Positions 38,601 to 53,100 of a stretch of DNA of 64,000 nt are shown in pieces (within the stretch, counting starts at the first letter, position 1; every line of letters starts with the position of its first letter). The notes beneath the pieces are model-generated. The model worked only from the letters and a program-made list of their open reading frames with translations, made no database searches and was not told the origin of the DNA. This DNA is from Callorhinchus milii (lineage: Eukaryota), in NCBI RefSeq assembly GCF_018977255.1, contig NW_024704742.1, positions 310,001 through 374,000 of the forward strand, written 5' to 3'. Made by a program: the position numbers and the translations under genes.

Positions 38601-41058
38601 TTGTTAGTACTGCAAATTAGACTCCCTAAGTTGATTTAAATGGTAGACAAATTATCCTGAACGTAATATGACTGAAGCCTGTCTTGTTATTGTGTGTTGT
38701 TGTTATGTGGCTTTTAGTCGCTGTTTAAACTCCACATGATCCCCTCTCTATTCCCTTCTTCCTCCGAATAATCCGCTCCTCTTATTGGAAAATTATTTTT
38801 AAAATAAAGCTCATCTCTTACTTAAAAGCTTTCCTCCCCTGTAATTTTAAGTATTGTACTTCCACTTTTTAATTGTCATCTCTTCTGTGCCTCCAAAGGG
38901 GGAAGGCAGGCACACTTTAGAATTGTGTTGAAACTGTTGACTGGTCTATCCTGAAAATGCTGAGAACTTTGTATTACTTATCCTGTGTTCAACGGAAGCA
39001 ATGTTTTCATTTGAAGAATGAACAAGATCCTAAAATCTGTATAAAGAAATTATCAGCTTAGCCATATTTTCTAGCAACGAGTTGCATCAGAGTCGGACAC
39101 ATTAAAATCACTTGTGGGAAGATTTTATGTTTGATTATGTTATTATGAAGTGTGCACATGGTGCAGGAAAACTAATAGCGTCAGAATTAATACTGGCAGC
39201 TTCCTTGGCTGACTGTACAATTTGACGCACTCGGTCTGACCCTGGCATCAGGGAAATAATTAAATTGCATGGAAGGTAGATGTGCCTTCTGTTTACCACA
39301 GTGGGATAAATATTTTTAATTAAAGAGTCAATGCCTGTTGTTGCACAGTGCTTTGGTATAATTAATTATTCAAAAACTACGGGGAACTTAAAGTCAGCAA
39401 AAGCATGTTTAGTTTCTTTTGATGGTACTTGTGTTATCGTTTCCTAATTTTGATTGTAGTTATTCCATTTGAATTCTACAGTTTTTGTAATCTTGGTAGA
39501 TGACAAGATTTTTTAATCGTGGCGTCCTGTAGAGTATTGATTAGAGCGCTCGCCTTGCAAGCAAGAGGACCTGGGTTCGATTCCCGGGCAGGGTGAAACA
39601 TTAGGCAAGTTTCCCTACTCCACGCGCTCTATTTACCCAGCAGTGAGTAGTAACCTGGTTGTTAGTCGTTGTCGGATTGCTTTTCTGGGGTTAATAATCC
39701 CTTCAAATTAAAACAATAATAATAATAATTTGGTCACTCAATCCACAACTGTTTGTGGGACGCTGCTGTGCGCAATTGGCTGCCGCGTTTCGCCCACAAA
39801 ATATACAGTCAATTCACTTTATAGTATATTCTGTGAAGCACTTTGAGATGTTTCGAAAACATGATAAGGCGCTATATCAATTGCAAGGATTATTACAAAT
39901 TAAATTGCGATGTACAATGAATTAGTTCTGCCTTTTGAGTCATTGATGCTACTAACAGAGAAATCATTTTTCTAACACCTCTCTTGAGATTTGTCTGATC
40001 CTTGTTAACTGACCTACTAAAATCTTCCCTACAGTTTCATGTAAATGCAAATTATCAAAAGATATGGAATATGCCTCAAGCATGGCAGTGCGAAATTGAA
40101 GTGTATAAGGCGACTTACCATTTTATCTTTGCCCAGAAGAATTTCTTTATAGGTACGTATTTGTGAATTTGTTCATCTCATAAAAAATATAGTCGATAAA
40201 TTATTGATGTGTTTTATGCTACTACATTTATTGAATATGCATTAGGATTTTCAAGTATATGTGCTGGTGACACATTATTGTCCAGTGGGTTAATTCAAAA
40301 ATATATGAGTAATTTATCAGATCAATGTATTGGACAGATTTCATGCCCCTTTTATCCTCAAATCCTATGAATACACATTCGCTCCACAATGAATCTTGTG
40401 AAACTCATTGGGTTGCCTCAAATGCAAAGGTTTTACATAAAAGGTCATAAAACAAATACACTATTGACTAAAATCTTACTCTTTTAACGCTGCACAAACA
40501 TTTAGGAATCAAATTTAAAAGCCTGGGTTTCTGTAACTTTTCTTTAATCTGAGATTTATTTTACATTTTCCTTTTCCAAGATTTGATACAAGACTGGGTA
40601 AGTGACAGCCCCCCTGACATCTACTCCTTTGTTCCATACATTTGGAAATTTAAAGTGATGTTTCACCAGTTTGAGATGATTTGGGCAGCAAATCAACACA
40701 ATTGGATCGATTGCTCCACCAAACAACAAGAAAACGGTAAGAAAATGTGTTGTTGCATTCAACATATATTGTAATCTCTCTTTAATATTATTTCCATAAA
40801 ACCTGCTCTTCCTTTATTCGGAGGATAAAAGGGATAATTCACCATGCGTTACCATTTTAGTTCAGACACCCTGATTTGTGCTGGAGTCTTACTTCTGACA
40901 TAACCTGGGGGACAACAACAACAATAAAATTACATTTATAGAGTGCCTTTCACATCGGGAGGATGTCCCAAAGCGCTGAGGAGGTTTGTTTCAGGAACAA
41001 TCTGATTTACACACTTGCAATAGAGACATGGCAGGTCTGAATCCAAATAGATTTTCAC

Positions 41059-41111
<53 letters not shown>

Positions 41112-44100
41112 CCTTGCATTTGATATAGCGCTTTTCACATGAACTGGGCCAATAGAAAAGTGAGGAAATATTTGCCAGACAACTGCAGGGAAATTTGATG
41201 GAATATTGTTGTGGGGAGCTGATTGGTGCTATTGAGGTCCATCTTATTGCCAACTTTATTGATAAAAATTAAACATGAGGAAACAACACATATTAGATTG
41301 TTGCAAAAAAAGCATTAATTTCTTCTTTAACAAAAACTGTGTGACCCATTTGGGGGTGGGGTGGGGGGGAACACAGAGACCCAGAGAGAGACAGACACAG
41401 AGAGACATGTTCTCAGAGAGAGAGAGAGAGGAAGAGACACACACACTCATGGAGCAAAGCCCATTTCCTGCTTGTGCCTCATGGCACATGTTTCATCTGG
41501 AGTCTTCCCTCCCCGTCCACAGTAACATCAGGTAAACAGCTGAGAGGCCTGGGGCCAGATACTTCATTTTTTAACTGAAGTATAGTGGAGGGTGTTGGTT
41601 ATAGCGGATTCTGCAGAAAATTTGCGGCTGCACTTTTTTATTGGCCCAGATTATGAGTCATTGGTCAGGTTGAGAGCTCTGAACAGCCCATGCTTTAATG
41701 TTGGAGCTGCTTGTTTGACCAGCTCTTAAAAAAACACTGATTCTGATATAATGCACATTAGCTTAATACCAAAATCTAATTTACGTTTATTTTGGCTTGA
41801 TTCAAAGCGTTTTAGAACTGCTCATAAAACTAAGGTGGCTTGTTCCACTTTGTTATATGTCTGGCTTTATGGGCACAGTATAAATGAGAAGGAAAGTGCT
41901 TTTCTGTGTGCAGATCGCCAGAAAATCTTTCAAAAGTGAAATAACGGTGAGAAAAGTTACCAAAAGAGAGGTGAAGTTCCAAATCTGGTCTAGAGGTTAA
42001 GTGTTATCAGAAGAGAAATTGAATTTAAAAGACCCTTTTGTAAAGATTTGACATGTTTATGTTTATATTGATGTACTGCTAAAGGGCAGTAAGTATTTTC
42101 ATCCACAAAATATTTCAACTATGAACAACTAAATATTGGTTGTTCCTGAGGGTTGTGTAGGTGCAGTTATTGGTTATTTCTGAAGATTGTGTAATAATAA
42201 TAATAATACTTGCATTTTGATATAGAGCTTTTCACGTCGGGAGGACATCCCAAAGCGCTTCACAGAACACACTGTAAAGTGAATTGACTGTATATTTGTG
42301 GGCGAACGCGGCAGCCAATTGCGCACAGCAATGTCCCACAAACAGTCATGGATTGAAAATGACCAATTTATTATTGTTTTTGTTTTTTTTGGAGGGATTA
42401 TTATTAGGTGTGTGGAGTAAGGAAACTTGCCCAAGGTTTCCCACTGCCTGGAATTGAACTCAGATCTCACTTGCAAAGCGAGTGCTCTAATCACTGAGCT
42501 ACAGGACTCCATCCTGTAGGTATAATTCAATCTTTCACCATGCAGGGTAGATCCCAAGACAAGTTTGGATGAAGAAGGCCCCTTGAACTATTTTTTCTGG
42601 TGAGTGAAGATGAGGTCAAAGAGGAAGGTCTTGAGGTGAACCTTGAAGGCGATGAGGGAAGCGACTCTGGGATGGAGTTCCAAAGAGTGGGGGCAGAAAG
42701 GCTGAAAGCTCGGCCATTGATAGTAGGGTGGACAGGGTGGGGGATATGCAGAAAGGTAATACCTGCTTAGTGGAGGGTGTGGGTTGGTTGGTAGTGTTTA
42801 AGAAGGTCACAGAGGTAGGATGCAGCAAGACCATGGAGGGCTTTAAAAGTGAGGACAAAGATCTTGAATTCCCAACGTCTGGGAGCTGGTGGAGCCGAGC
42901 AAGGATGGGATTGATAGGCTCACGGAGCCTTGTGCGGGAGAAGACACAAGCTGCAGAGTTCTGGATGGTCTGAGGCTTGTGGAGAGAAGAGTCGGGAAGT
43001 CAAACAAGCAGAGAGTAGGAGTCTAGCCTGGATGTGATAAATGCACGGATAAATGTCTTGGCAACCCGAGGGAAGAGATAGTGGCGGAGACTGGCAGTGT
43101 TACAGAGGTGGGGGAAAGTTGAACCGCTCAAGGCATGGGATAGTTGGACAGTTGAGAATGAAACAAGACACTACGGTTCCCCGCTGGCTCTGTGAGGCGG
43201 AGTGTACATCTGTTTAGATTGATGCTGTCAGCACCTGAGGTGAGAAGGCACTGACAGGAGCGGCTCTGCCTTGTCAACATTCAAGTGGAGAAAGTTGGAG
43301 ATCATCCATGACTTGATGTCTGCCAGGCAGTCAGTCAGAACAGCAATAGTCTTGAAATCCAGGTTGGAGGCAGAGATATTGAGGTTTGGTGTAATCCCTA
43401 TACATCATGGGCCATCATAGTATGTACGTGATGCCTCCTAGTGTCAGCGTGAACCTAGTAAATCTCCTCTGCACCCCACTGTAATCTTGACAGCCTTCCT
43501 AAAGTGGGGGGAATAAAACTGGACACAATATTCTAATTGCTGTCTAGATTAATGATTCATATAAATTTAGCAATACCCTCTTTGCTTTTTTTATACTATA
43601 CCACTATTTATAAAACCTAGGATTTTGTTTGTTTTCTTGACAGCTTTAAAGGTTTATGTACTTTGTATTTGTGTAATTTTGTAATTGGCTTAGTTCTAAC
43701 AGTAGATCATTTCTGATACCTTATATATCTCACATGAGGTATTGCTCAAATATCTTTTTGTTCAGATGTATCTTTACAGTAGTGTTTGTGTACTTCTCTT
43801 TGCAAATGTCGAAACAGAATTCTCTTACACAGTAGACTAAATTTGTCCAAGCCAAAAATATCTAACCTTCATTTGCATCAGCCTAAAATAAACTGAACTT
43901 TGAGTTCTTGTGGTTTGGGGTGACTGCTAAATGGACCGTGACTCTATTTTTGTGGCTCGTAACAATTTGATTTGGTTAAGATTTTCAAAATCTTCATTAT
44001 GAATTCAACTTTTTTTTACATGAGACGGTCTATAAAAGTTATAAGATTTGCTAATTGAATCCCAATAAGTTGTATTGGATGTGGCCTATTACTGAGAGAT

Positions 44101-47100
44101 TAATGGAGAACAGTGGAGTATGAATTTGATCTACTAATAATCTTAATTTTGACACATTAATTTGCCCCAGAAGGTGGTGTGCAGTTTTACTCAATTGATA
44201 ATTTTGAGCCTGGCTGACCAAATTATTTTATATGATAAAACTGTGGCAGTGTAGTGCTCAATATTCATTGTAACAGAATGTATAAATATGGATTTTATGA
44301 ACTTATTGATTAGTGTATGTTCTGTTGATAGAGGAATGCTGGAAAATACTCTGTTTTACATGCACTGTTTTTATGTTGTAATTTCTGTGCAGTTATTTTA
44401 TTTCATATCCATTTCTATGCTGACATAATACAACAACAAAAAAATTACATTTGTGTAGCGCCTTTCATGTCTGGAGGACGTCCCAAGGCGCTGGACCGTC
44501 AGTGGTTCGGACCTGAGCTGGGGGTCGGGATCGGGATGGGTGGAGGACAGTGGGGAAAGAGGGTGATCAAAGAGGAGGATCTTGAGACGGTTGTTGAAGG
44601 AGACGAGGGAGGAGGCAAGGCGGAGGGACTACGGGATGGATTTCCAGAGGGTGGGGGAAGAGTGGCAGAAGACCCGCCCACCAATGGTGGGGCGAGCGAG
44701 GCGGGGGACGTGAAGCAGCAGGAGCCCGCTGAGCGGAGGAGTAGGCAGGTTCTTGGGGATTAGGAGGTCGCAGAGGTTGGGGGGAGCAAGACCATGGAGG
44801 GCTTTGAAGGTGAGGACCAGGATCTTGAACTGTACCCTCTGTGTGACGGGAGGCCAGTGGAGTCGGGCGAGTGTGGGGGAGATGGGGTCACGGAGTTTGG
44901 TGCAAGAGAGGTCACAGACTGCAGAGTTCTGGATTATCTGCAGCCTGTGGAGGGAGGAGTTGGGGAGGCCGACAAGCAGAAGTTTGTGTAGTCCAGCCTG
45001 GATGTAATGAAAACATGTATGAGGGTCTCGGTGGCCTGTGATTTGAGACAGTGGCAGAGCCGGGTGATGTTGCAAGAGGTGGGGGAAGGCAGAGCGGGTC
45101 ATGGCACGGATGTGGGGTAGAAAGAATAGTTGGGGATCAAACAAGACGCCAAGGTTCCAGACTGTCTTAGCAGCGTGGAGTGTGCATTCTTGAATAGTGA
45201 TGTTGTCAGTGCGGAGGCGCTGACGGGAGCCAATCAGGAGAGCCTCGGTCTTGTTGAAGTTCAACTATAGAAAGTTAGCTCTCATCCAGGACTTGATGTC
45301 TGACAATCAAGGGAGTCCTGGAGTGGAGGGTGGAGGCAGAGAGGTAGAGTTCGGTGTTATCGGCATACATGTGGAAGTTGGCCCCATGTCTGTGGATGAT
45401 GTCACCAAGAGGGAGCATATATAGATATTGAAGAGGAGGGGACCGAGGACAGAGCCCTGAGGAACGCCGCACGAGACAGTGCGGAGGCTAGAGGAGAAGC
45501 TGTTTGTGGAGATTAAGTGGAGACTGTGTGAGAGGTACGATCTGAACCATTCAAGGACATAACCATGAAGGGATTAATCATGAGGAGAGGTGGTGGAGGA
45601 GAATAAAGTGGTCGACGGTGTCGAAGGCAACAGATAGGTCACGGAGGATGAGGAGGCAGAGGGAGTCCTGGTCGCAGAAGGACAAAATGTAATTTGTCAC
45701 TTTGACCAAAGCTGTTTCTATGCTGTGGGCGATGGAAACCAGATTGGAGGGGTTCGTGAAGCCAGTGGCGGGAGAGGAAGGAGTGATAGAAGGTCGAAAT
45801 TTCTATGCTTTTTCTTCTCTTCAAACTTCTTCCATTGATTTGAACCAAATTTGTTGTAACTCCTGAAATATTTAATATTTGAAGGAACAAATCACTATAG
45901 ACTTCCCAGCTGTTGCTATTGTGTTTCTTTTAGTATTGAAATGCTATTTTTGTTCTGTTGCAGTCTATTTGGCAGCATGTGGAGAAACTCTGAACATTGA
46001 TTTCTCCTTGCCTTTTAATGACTTTGTACCAGCTACCTGCAACACAAAATTCTGCTTGAAGGTATGCCATTTATTTAACTTTTGGAAACAGAATTGGACC
46101 ATGTCAACAGAACAGTTGATCTCACATCACAAGATATTGAAAAGTAATATTTGGATGGAATTGGGATGAAAGCTTTTATTCCACAAATTGAAAGATTTAT
46201 GTGTTTCATGTTATCTGCTCCTTTTCTACAATTCCAGTAAAAATCAAAATTTTAATTTGGATTTTGATGAATAAATTATGCAGTGGGCAAATGAAATATT
46301 TTTGCTTGCTGAATTCACTGACATCAGTGTCATGCATACCAAATGAAAGTGTTCTGCTGATTCATTTGATATCATTCTTTCTTCTGAGTGAGAAGTTTGT
46401 GGGTTCATGCACCAAGTCAGGACTTTGAGTTCACACAGTCTAGGCTGACAATCCAATGCAGTGCTGGGGGAGTGCTGCATTGTTAGAGGTGTCGTTCTTT
46501 GGATTAGACATTAAACCGAGGTCCCATCTGCCTGTTCAGGTGTGAAAAGGTGTCCAGAGTCCTGGCCAACAATCTCTTTGATAAAATTGGTTGTTCTCTT
46601 CATGCCTGCATGTAGGACACTGAAGTAAGAAAATTGGTTGTCATATTTGCTTACAGGTGCATTCACTACACTTTACAGTACATCCAGTGAACTACTTTTG
46701 AGATGTTTCAATGGCTCGATGAGATGCTATATCAACTGCAAGGATTAATATCAACTCAACCTGTTGCCCTATTCAGGGGAACCATGTTATAACACACTAA
46801 TTAGAATGTGGGTTCCCTTATTGCACAGTTGGGGTTTTCACCCTGACATTATCTTACCCAAAATATGAAAAATACTAGTCCACTGCTTCACATGCATGTA
46901 GAAAGAGAAAAGTGTAATGAATGTACCTGCAGGCAAATGTGGCAACCAATTTTCTTACACTAGGAGGCAAATCGGGAACTTTCAGGTCATCAGGTTCCTA
47001 TATTTAACATATCATCCAAAGGACAGCACCTCCAACAGTACATTGCTCTCCCAACACTGTTGATTGACAACCTAATTATGAACAAAATAAATATGTATGT

Positions 47101-50100
47101 ATTTCTAATTACACTGATGTAAATAAATATTCATGTTATTCCCAAAAAATATTTTGCAGTGGTATTAGTCTATTGTAAAAAATTTGTTTTTTTATGTATC
47201 ATGTATTAAAGCAATATACCGAACAAGAAAGAAATGCCTGGTCACTTTTCTTGAGTTATACACATACATTTGTAAACGTACGTTATTTTATGTTCCCAGG
47301 CAGAAAATATGGATTTACGTTTGTTTCTGCCAGACTGTCACCCGAGCAGATATGCAGCAGTTACATTGGCAAATGATTCTCAACCTAACAAAGTACCTCC
47401 AGAAATCTCTTCTTCAAGTGAGACTCAAAATAGTAGTCAGAAATTAAGGAAACCCAAATGGCGTAATATTACTGAACCAGAGTAAGTACAGTACTCCTCA
47501 AGTTTATGACTGGATCTGTGTACATGGTTCAAAATATTGAAACCTTGATTTTATGAAACTCGAGTGTGGTGATTCTTTGTGGACTGTTGTCGCTTGTCTT
47601 TCAATGACTTTTGGAAATTCAAATCTACAAGAATTTGTGCATTTCTTGGATTTTACTTGTGATGTTTAACTTTCCTTTTGAAATTGGCTTTGCAAGAAGA
47701 TGCTGGAAAAAAATCAAGTAAGTTTTTCTTACACAAAATAATTTTTCTCTTGCAAAATATCATTAGAATCCTATTAGAATTAGAAGGAGGCCATTCGTCC
47801 CTTTGTGCCTTTGCCAGCTCTTTGAAAAAGCTATCCTATATGTAGGACTTTTAAGTGCTTCCTTTTAAGAATTTTTCATCTTAAAAACATAAAGAAAATT
47901 AGTGAATTAATTCCAATCTCTGACAATTCAACTCTTTATTGCTATTAGAAATGTCTTGTCAGAAAAATCTAAATCATTTTATTTCTTACTTTATTTTGGA
48001 GAATGACTAATTTTACCTTGAGTGTGAAATGATACACATGTTGGTGGGGAATTGCAGTAATTTTAACAGTGTAAACACTGAATTACACTGGATCCTCATG
48101 CTCAACTCACGTGGAGTAGTATAAATCTGGTGGATGTGAATCGGACTGGGCATGCTCTCCTGAGGTCTATTTAAACCTCTCGTATTGTGAACTTTGTACG
48201 GATTTCTTTTAATTGTTAAAGAATTGGTTACTTCGTAGGTTCTTTAAAATCAAGTACTCATCTTTGATGTTCTGTGTGTTTTTCTCCGACCTGATTGAAA
48301 GTGATGTGGTACAGACATTGTAAACCCAGTTTCGCAGCGATATAAACTCACTATTAAGTAGTTTTTCAAATGATTGTATAATTCATAGGCGTTTTAGTTA
48401 ATCTCGCTCTATAGGATTGAATATTAAAAGGGGCCTCTAAAGATGAACTTAAACAGAATGCAGTGCTTTAAACCATAAAAGTGTGAACTCTTTTTAAAAA
48501 TCTGATACTAAAATCGATGTGCTTAAGTGAATGTACTGATGTTGATTATCTTAACATTTAGGACTGACTGGATCGAGTGTTGGTCTGTACCAAACATTAT
48601 GCTCATCATCGACTATACCTGGCATCCCATCTACCCTCAAAAAGCTGATGAACAGTTGAAACAAAGTTGTAAGAATCCACTTATTCATTTACTGGCTCAT
48701 GTTGAAATAATAACATCATAATCCTTGCATTTGATATGGCGCTTTATCAACCTGAGACGTCCGTTTAAGTTTAAACTTTCAATATTGTCACAAACACCCT
48801 GAAGGTGTGGGAAATGCCATTTGTTCGTTTCTCTTGAGTGTTTGACATCTGTAGGTGGAAATGCCCTTCAGCACTGAGGAGTGTTTCTGCCTTTGAAACA
48901 GTAAGGATAAAAGGTCATCACATAAGATAATAGGCTGCGGTGCTAACCAAACCTTTCTTTCATCAGAAGTTGCACTGTCATTATAGTACCACACTGTACC
49001 AGTCTTTCTCATTTGGCTCTTTCCTATTTCTTTCTGATTTTCTCCAACTTTCTATTTTTCTCATCTTTGCCTTTGCGCCTTGGACATTCTCTCTCTTTCT
49101 CTAACTCTAGCTCTCCACGCCTCTAGCGCTATATTGTAACTAACAAACTGCTGAATAAACACTCGCCTTGTGTTGTCAGTTCACAGTTGTGCTGTTGGGA
49201 AAATTGGATTCCTAAGAGCATTGTGTGCTCCAGTGTTATCTCCATTTCAGTTACGCCTCTGAGAGCAGAGCGGATAAATCCGGTGCTGTGGAGTCCTGTA
49301 GCTCAGTGGTTAGAGCAGTCGCCTTGCAAGCGAGAGACCTGGGTTTGATTCCCGGGCAGGGCTAAACATTGGGCAAGTTTCCTTACTCCACACGCCTCTG
49401 TTTACCAGCAGTAAGTAGGAACCTGGTTGTCAGTCGATTGGAGGATCGCTTTTCCGGGGGTAATAATTCCTTCAAAAAAATTGGTCACTCAATCCACGAC
49501 TGTTTGTGGGACACTGCTGTGCACAATTGGCTGCCGTGTTTCTCCCACAAAGTATACAGTCAATTCACTTTACAGTATATCCTGCGAAGATACGATAAGG
49601 TGCTATATCAAATGTAAGGATTATTGTTATATTATATAAATTGATCTGTAGAGAGATAGCATGTGGATATATGATGTTCTGCTGTACTTTTATGTTGGAA
49701 TATCTAAAATATGTGTTTTTATTTTAAAAGTGGTCCAAAATCCGGAATTAACATCTGTGTCGAGACCTTCACAGAAGTCTGCAGAGCGAGTTATTTCATC
49801 TCCAACAGGTTCAAACAGACCACCCATAGATCCATCAGAACTTCTGCCTGATAAGCTGCATGTGGAACTAGAAATGCCTTTTGATTCCCAAATCATTCTG
49901 TACGGGCCAGTGCTTAAAGCACTGTTGAGTATCAAGGTACAGACATTTAATTTTATGATATACAGTTCAACATTTATTCAGCAGATTGCTGCAGCTATGT
50001 TAGCATTACCATTGCTTAGAAATATTTACCCACAATGTAGCATTGAAGAAGTAGGCTGCGTTGATATTGATAAAGACAAAGGGCTCTTCACCACCTATAA

Positions 50101-53100
50101 TACATATTAACTGTTGTCCTCCTTCCAATGTATTTTTGGCTTTCACCAGACATTAAGCTAAATTAGGATTCCTGGATTGTAGGGTTAGTGAGCTTGCCAG
50201 CGAGAGGTTTGATTCCTGGGCAAGATGAAACCTTAGGCAAGTTTCCTTACGCTACACACCTCTGTTTACCTAGCAGTAAGTAGGACCTGTTTATTGTCAA
50301 TTGGCGTTTCACTTTCCGAGGGTAATAATCCCTGTTTGTAGACACTGCTGTGTGCAATTGGCTGCCACACTTCACCACAAATAAAATATCCACTTTAAAA
50401 TATATTCTGTGAAGCGCTTTGAGTCGTCTCGACAACGTGATAAGGAGCTGTATTAAATATTATGATTAGAACCCCCATCAATCACCTAGTATCTGGCAGA
50501 AATCATGCTTGAAATGTTTTTTTGTCAGCTTGGTGTTCTGACACATGTGACTATTACGATGCTTAAGCGTATCCAAGCCAGACTGAGAATTCAGCATTTG
50601 TATGTGACCTAGACGTGGAATGGATTGTACACCTGAAGGGATGCACACTCCTTATCTATTTCCGGAAAGCATTAGGGGCAGGTTGGCGAGAGTCCAGTCT
50701 TGGGGAGTCCAGAGTGCATGAAAAATGTGAATTTTTGTAGAAAAATCCACAATTTTGTGGATAAAATTCCAACCATTTTATCTGATATTTTTATACTGTT
50801 TTATCTTCAAAGGAGAACTACTTTGGAGAAGATGACATGTACACAGATTTTGAAGAAACTGTTTCGAGCCCTGTGTTGTCATTATCAACATCTTCTAGTT
50901 CTGGCTGGGCTTCGGTGGGAGTTGAAGAAGTGCAGAAGAAGGAGGCGGAGAATGGAGGCAAGCAAATCCACCCACTTTCACTCCGCCCATGGGACATCTC
51001 TGTCCTCATTAATTTGTACAAAGTGCATGGAAAGCTCCCAGTGGTAAGTGAAGTGGAACATAAAAGATGGTCTGTTTCTAATTTGAAGCCAGCTGTTACT
51101 GATTCTTTGGTTTGTACTGATTTTAAAGTCGTTATTGTACTTAGGAAATCCAATTTTGAATTAACAGCACAGAACATCCACAACAAAAAGTCTCCGATTT
51201 TTACATCCTTGCTTCGCTAATTTCCTGTGATGTGATGTGAAATGAAACTCATCGGCACAATAGGCAAAGTGTGGTTCATTCACAAAAACTGATTTGTTTA
51301 AAGTGGACCTTTTACTTGCATTGCAGATTTGGTTTAAATCCTAGGAATATAGGAAATGAACACGACCAGAGTAGACTTTAGGTTTTGAGCGCTTTGAGAC
51401 ATTTTCTTATGTGAAAGGCACCATATAAGTGGAAATTGTCATTTCTGTTAGATGGTTCCAAGGTCAAAAATATTTTTTAAAAACCCTATATTTTATGCCA
51501 AATATATGTTTAATTCCCTCTTAAAGTTGCCAACGCAGTCTGCCTCCCTGAATCGTCCATCCCTCATATTCACCACTATCTGTAAAATGGTTCAGTCTGA
51601 ATTATCTTGTTCAACTTCTGAGCTTGTGGCCTTTCAAGTGCTCTGAGACTGCCCCATGTGAAGGGCACTATATACATGCAAATAGTAGTTGTTGTAGATT
51701 TGGTGACTATTTGAAACCTATCTATTTCCTCCATGCATGGATATGTATCATCGGTATTTTGTAAGCATCCTTGACCATGGCGAGGTTTGTCACTGCTATA
51801 GTTTAGGGTAAGAGTGGATTATCAGTCTGCCTGACCTAACAGTCTAGGTTCTCCACAGGATGTGTTAACTTCACTGATCTAGTTTCAGAAAATATAAATG
51901 ATAATGCAAATTTTTATTGTATTGATTTTAATTGTTAAATCTAATACATTTTGTAATTTGTTGGAGGGTTGGGGAATGACAGAAACAAAGCTTTATTTTG
52001 TCGGATATGTTTATTTCACTGTGTACATCGTCTGTGAACATATAATTTGTGAATGTCTTGCAGCATTGCAGCAGCGATGGGTCAGAGTGTCCCACAGCAT
52101 TCATGGAGAGGCTTTGTTTTGAGATGAAGAAGGGCTATAAGGAGACCATGTTACAGCTTGTCTTGTCACCAATTTACCTTTTTGTGAGTGACAACTACCC
52201 GGTAAGAAGCCTAGAACAACTGTATTCATTTCATTTACATCAATAATGTGTTTGTGAACCAACATTTAAATAATTAGTCCTCTATTAGTTAAAAAATTAA
52301 CTGACGAGAGGGACATTGCCACTACAACAGTGTAGTGGCAATGTCCCTCTCGTCAGTTCATTTTTTACACAGCACTACACAGTGTAGTCTACAGGCTTTT
52401 AAAATCTAATACCCTTCTCAACGTTGGTGTATCACATTATGGGACTAAGTAAAACTAACTAATTTAGATAAAGGAAGGGGTATTTTTAACGATAGTGCAG
52501 GAGAGAGCTCATTATCTTTATTAATTGGGACTGGCCCCATTGAGGATAATTGTTCATTATGACAAATGCAAATTGGCTACAATACTAACCTGTCTCTGAA
52601 CACTCAGGGTAGCTTTTAAAAAAAAACCTTGGATTGGGCTACTGTATGTTTTATTTGTCTAGAATTGTGCACCTGTTAACCTTGTGTGCTTTTTTAGAAG
52701 AAATTCTTCAGCATTGTACCTTGACGTTGTCTCCAGTTATCTGAGACTCTAATGATGTTCGCGCGAGGGAGGAATAAATATTCATATAGTTTTTTTTCCG
52801 ATAGCTGGGGAGTAATGCTTTGAACCCCCCCCACCCCCCCTTCAGCTCCTAAGTTCCAGGTTAGTAACTTTGCGACTTTACACAAGAGAGAATGGAGAAG
52901 GGGGGTATTGGGAAGAGGATTAGAGGGGCTGAGGCTCATGTGGAGGAAAAGACACACTGCCAAGTGGCCTGTTTCTGTGCTGCATAGTCTAACTCAGGGA
53001 TCCAACCTTTTGGCTTCTGAGGGCTGGATGCCCTATTTGAGAAATATCCATGGGCTACATAAGCAATATTTTTGCATTTCCCTTCCAGAAACATAACATA

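Noticed and set aside
44629..45472. Reverse-transcriptase ORFs as a functional gene
   Set aside because: 5'-truncated, frameshifted L2 remnants with a mutated YADD (YADN).
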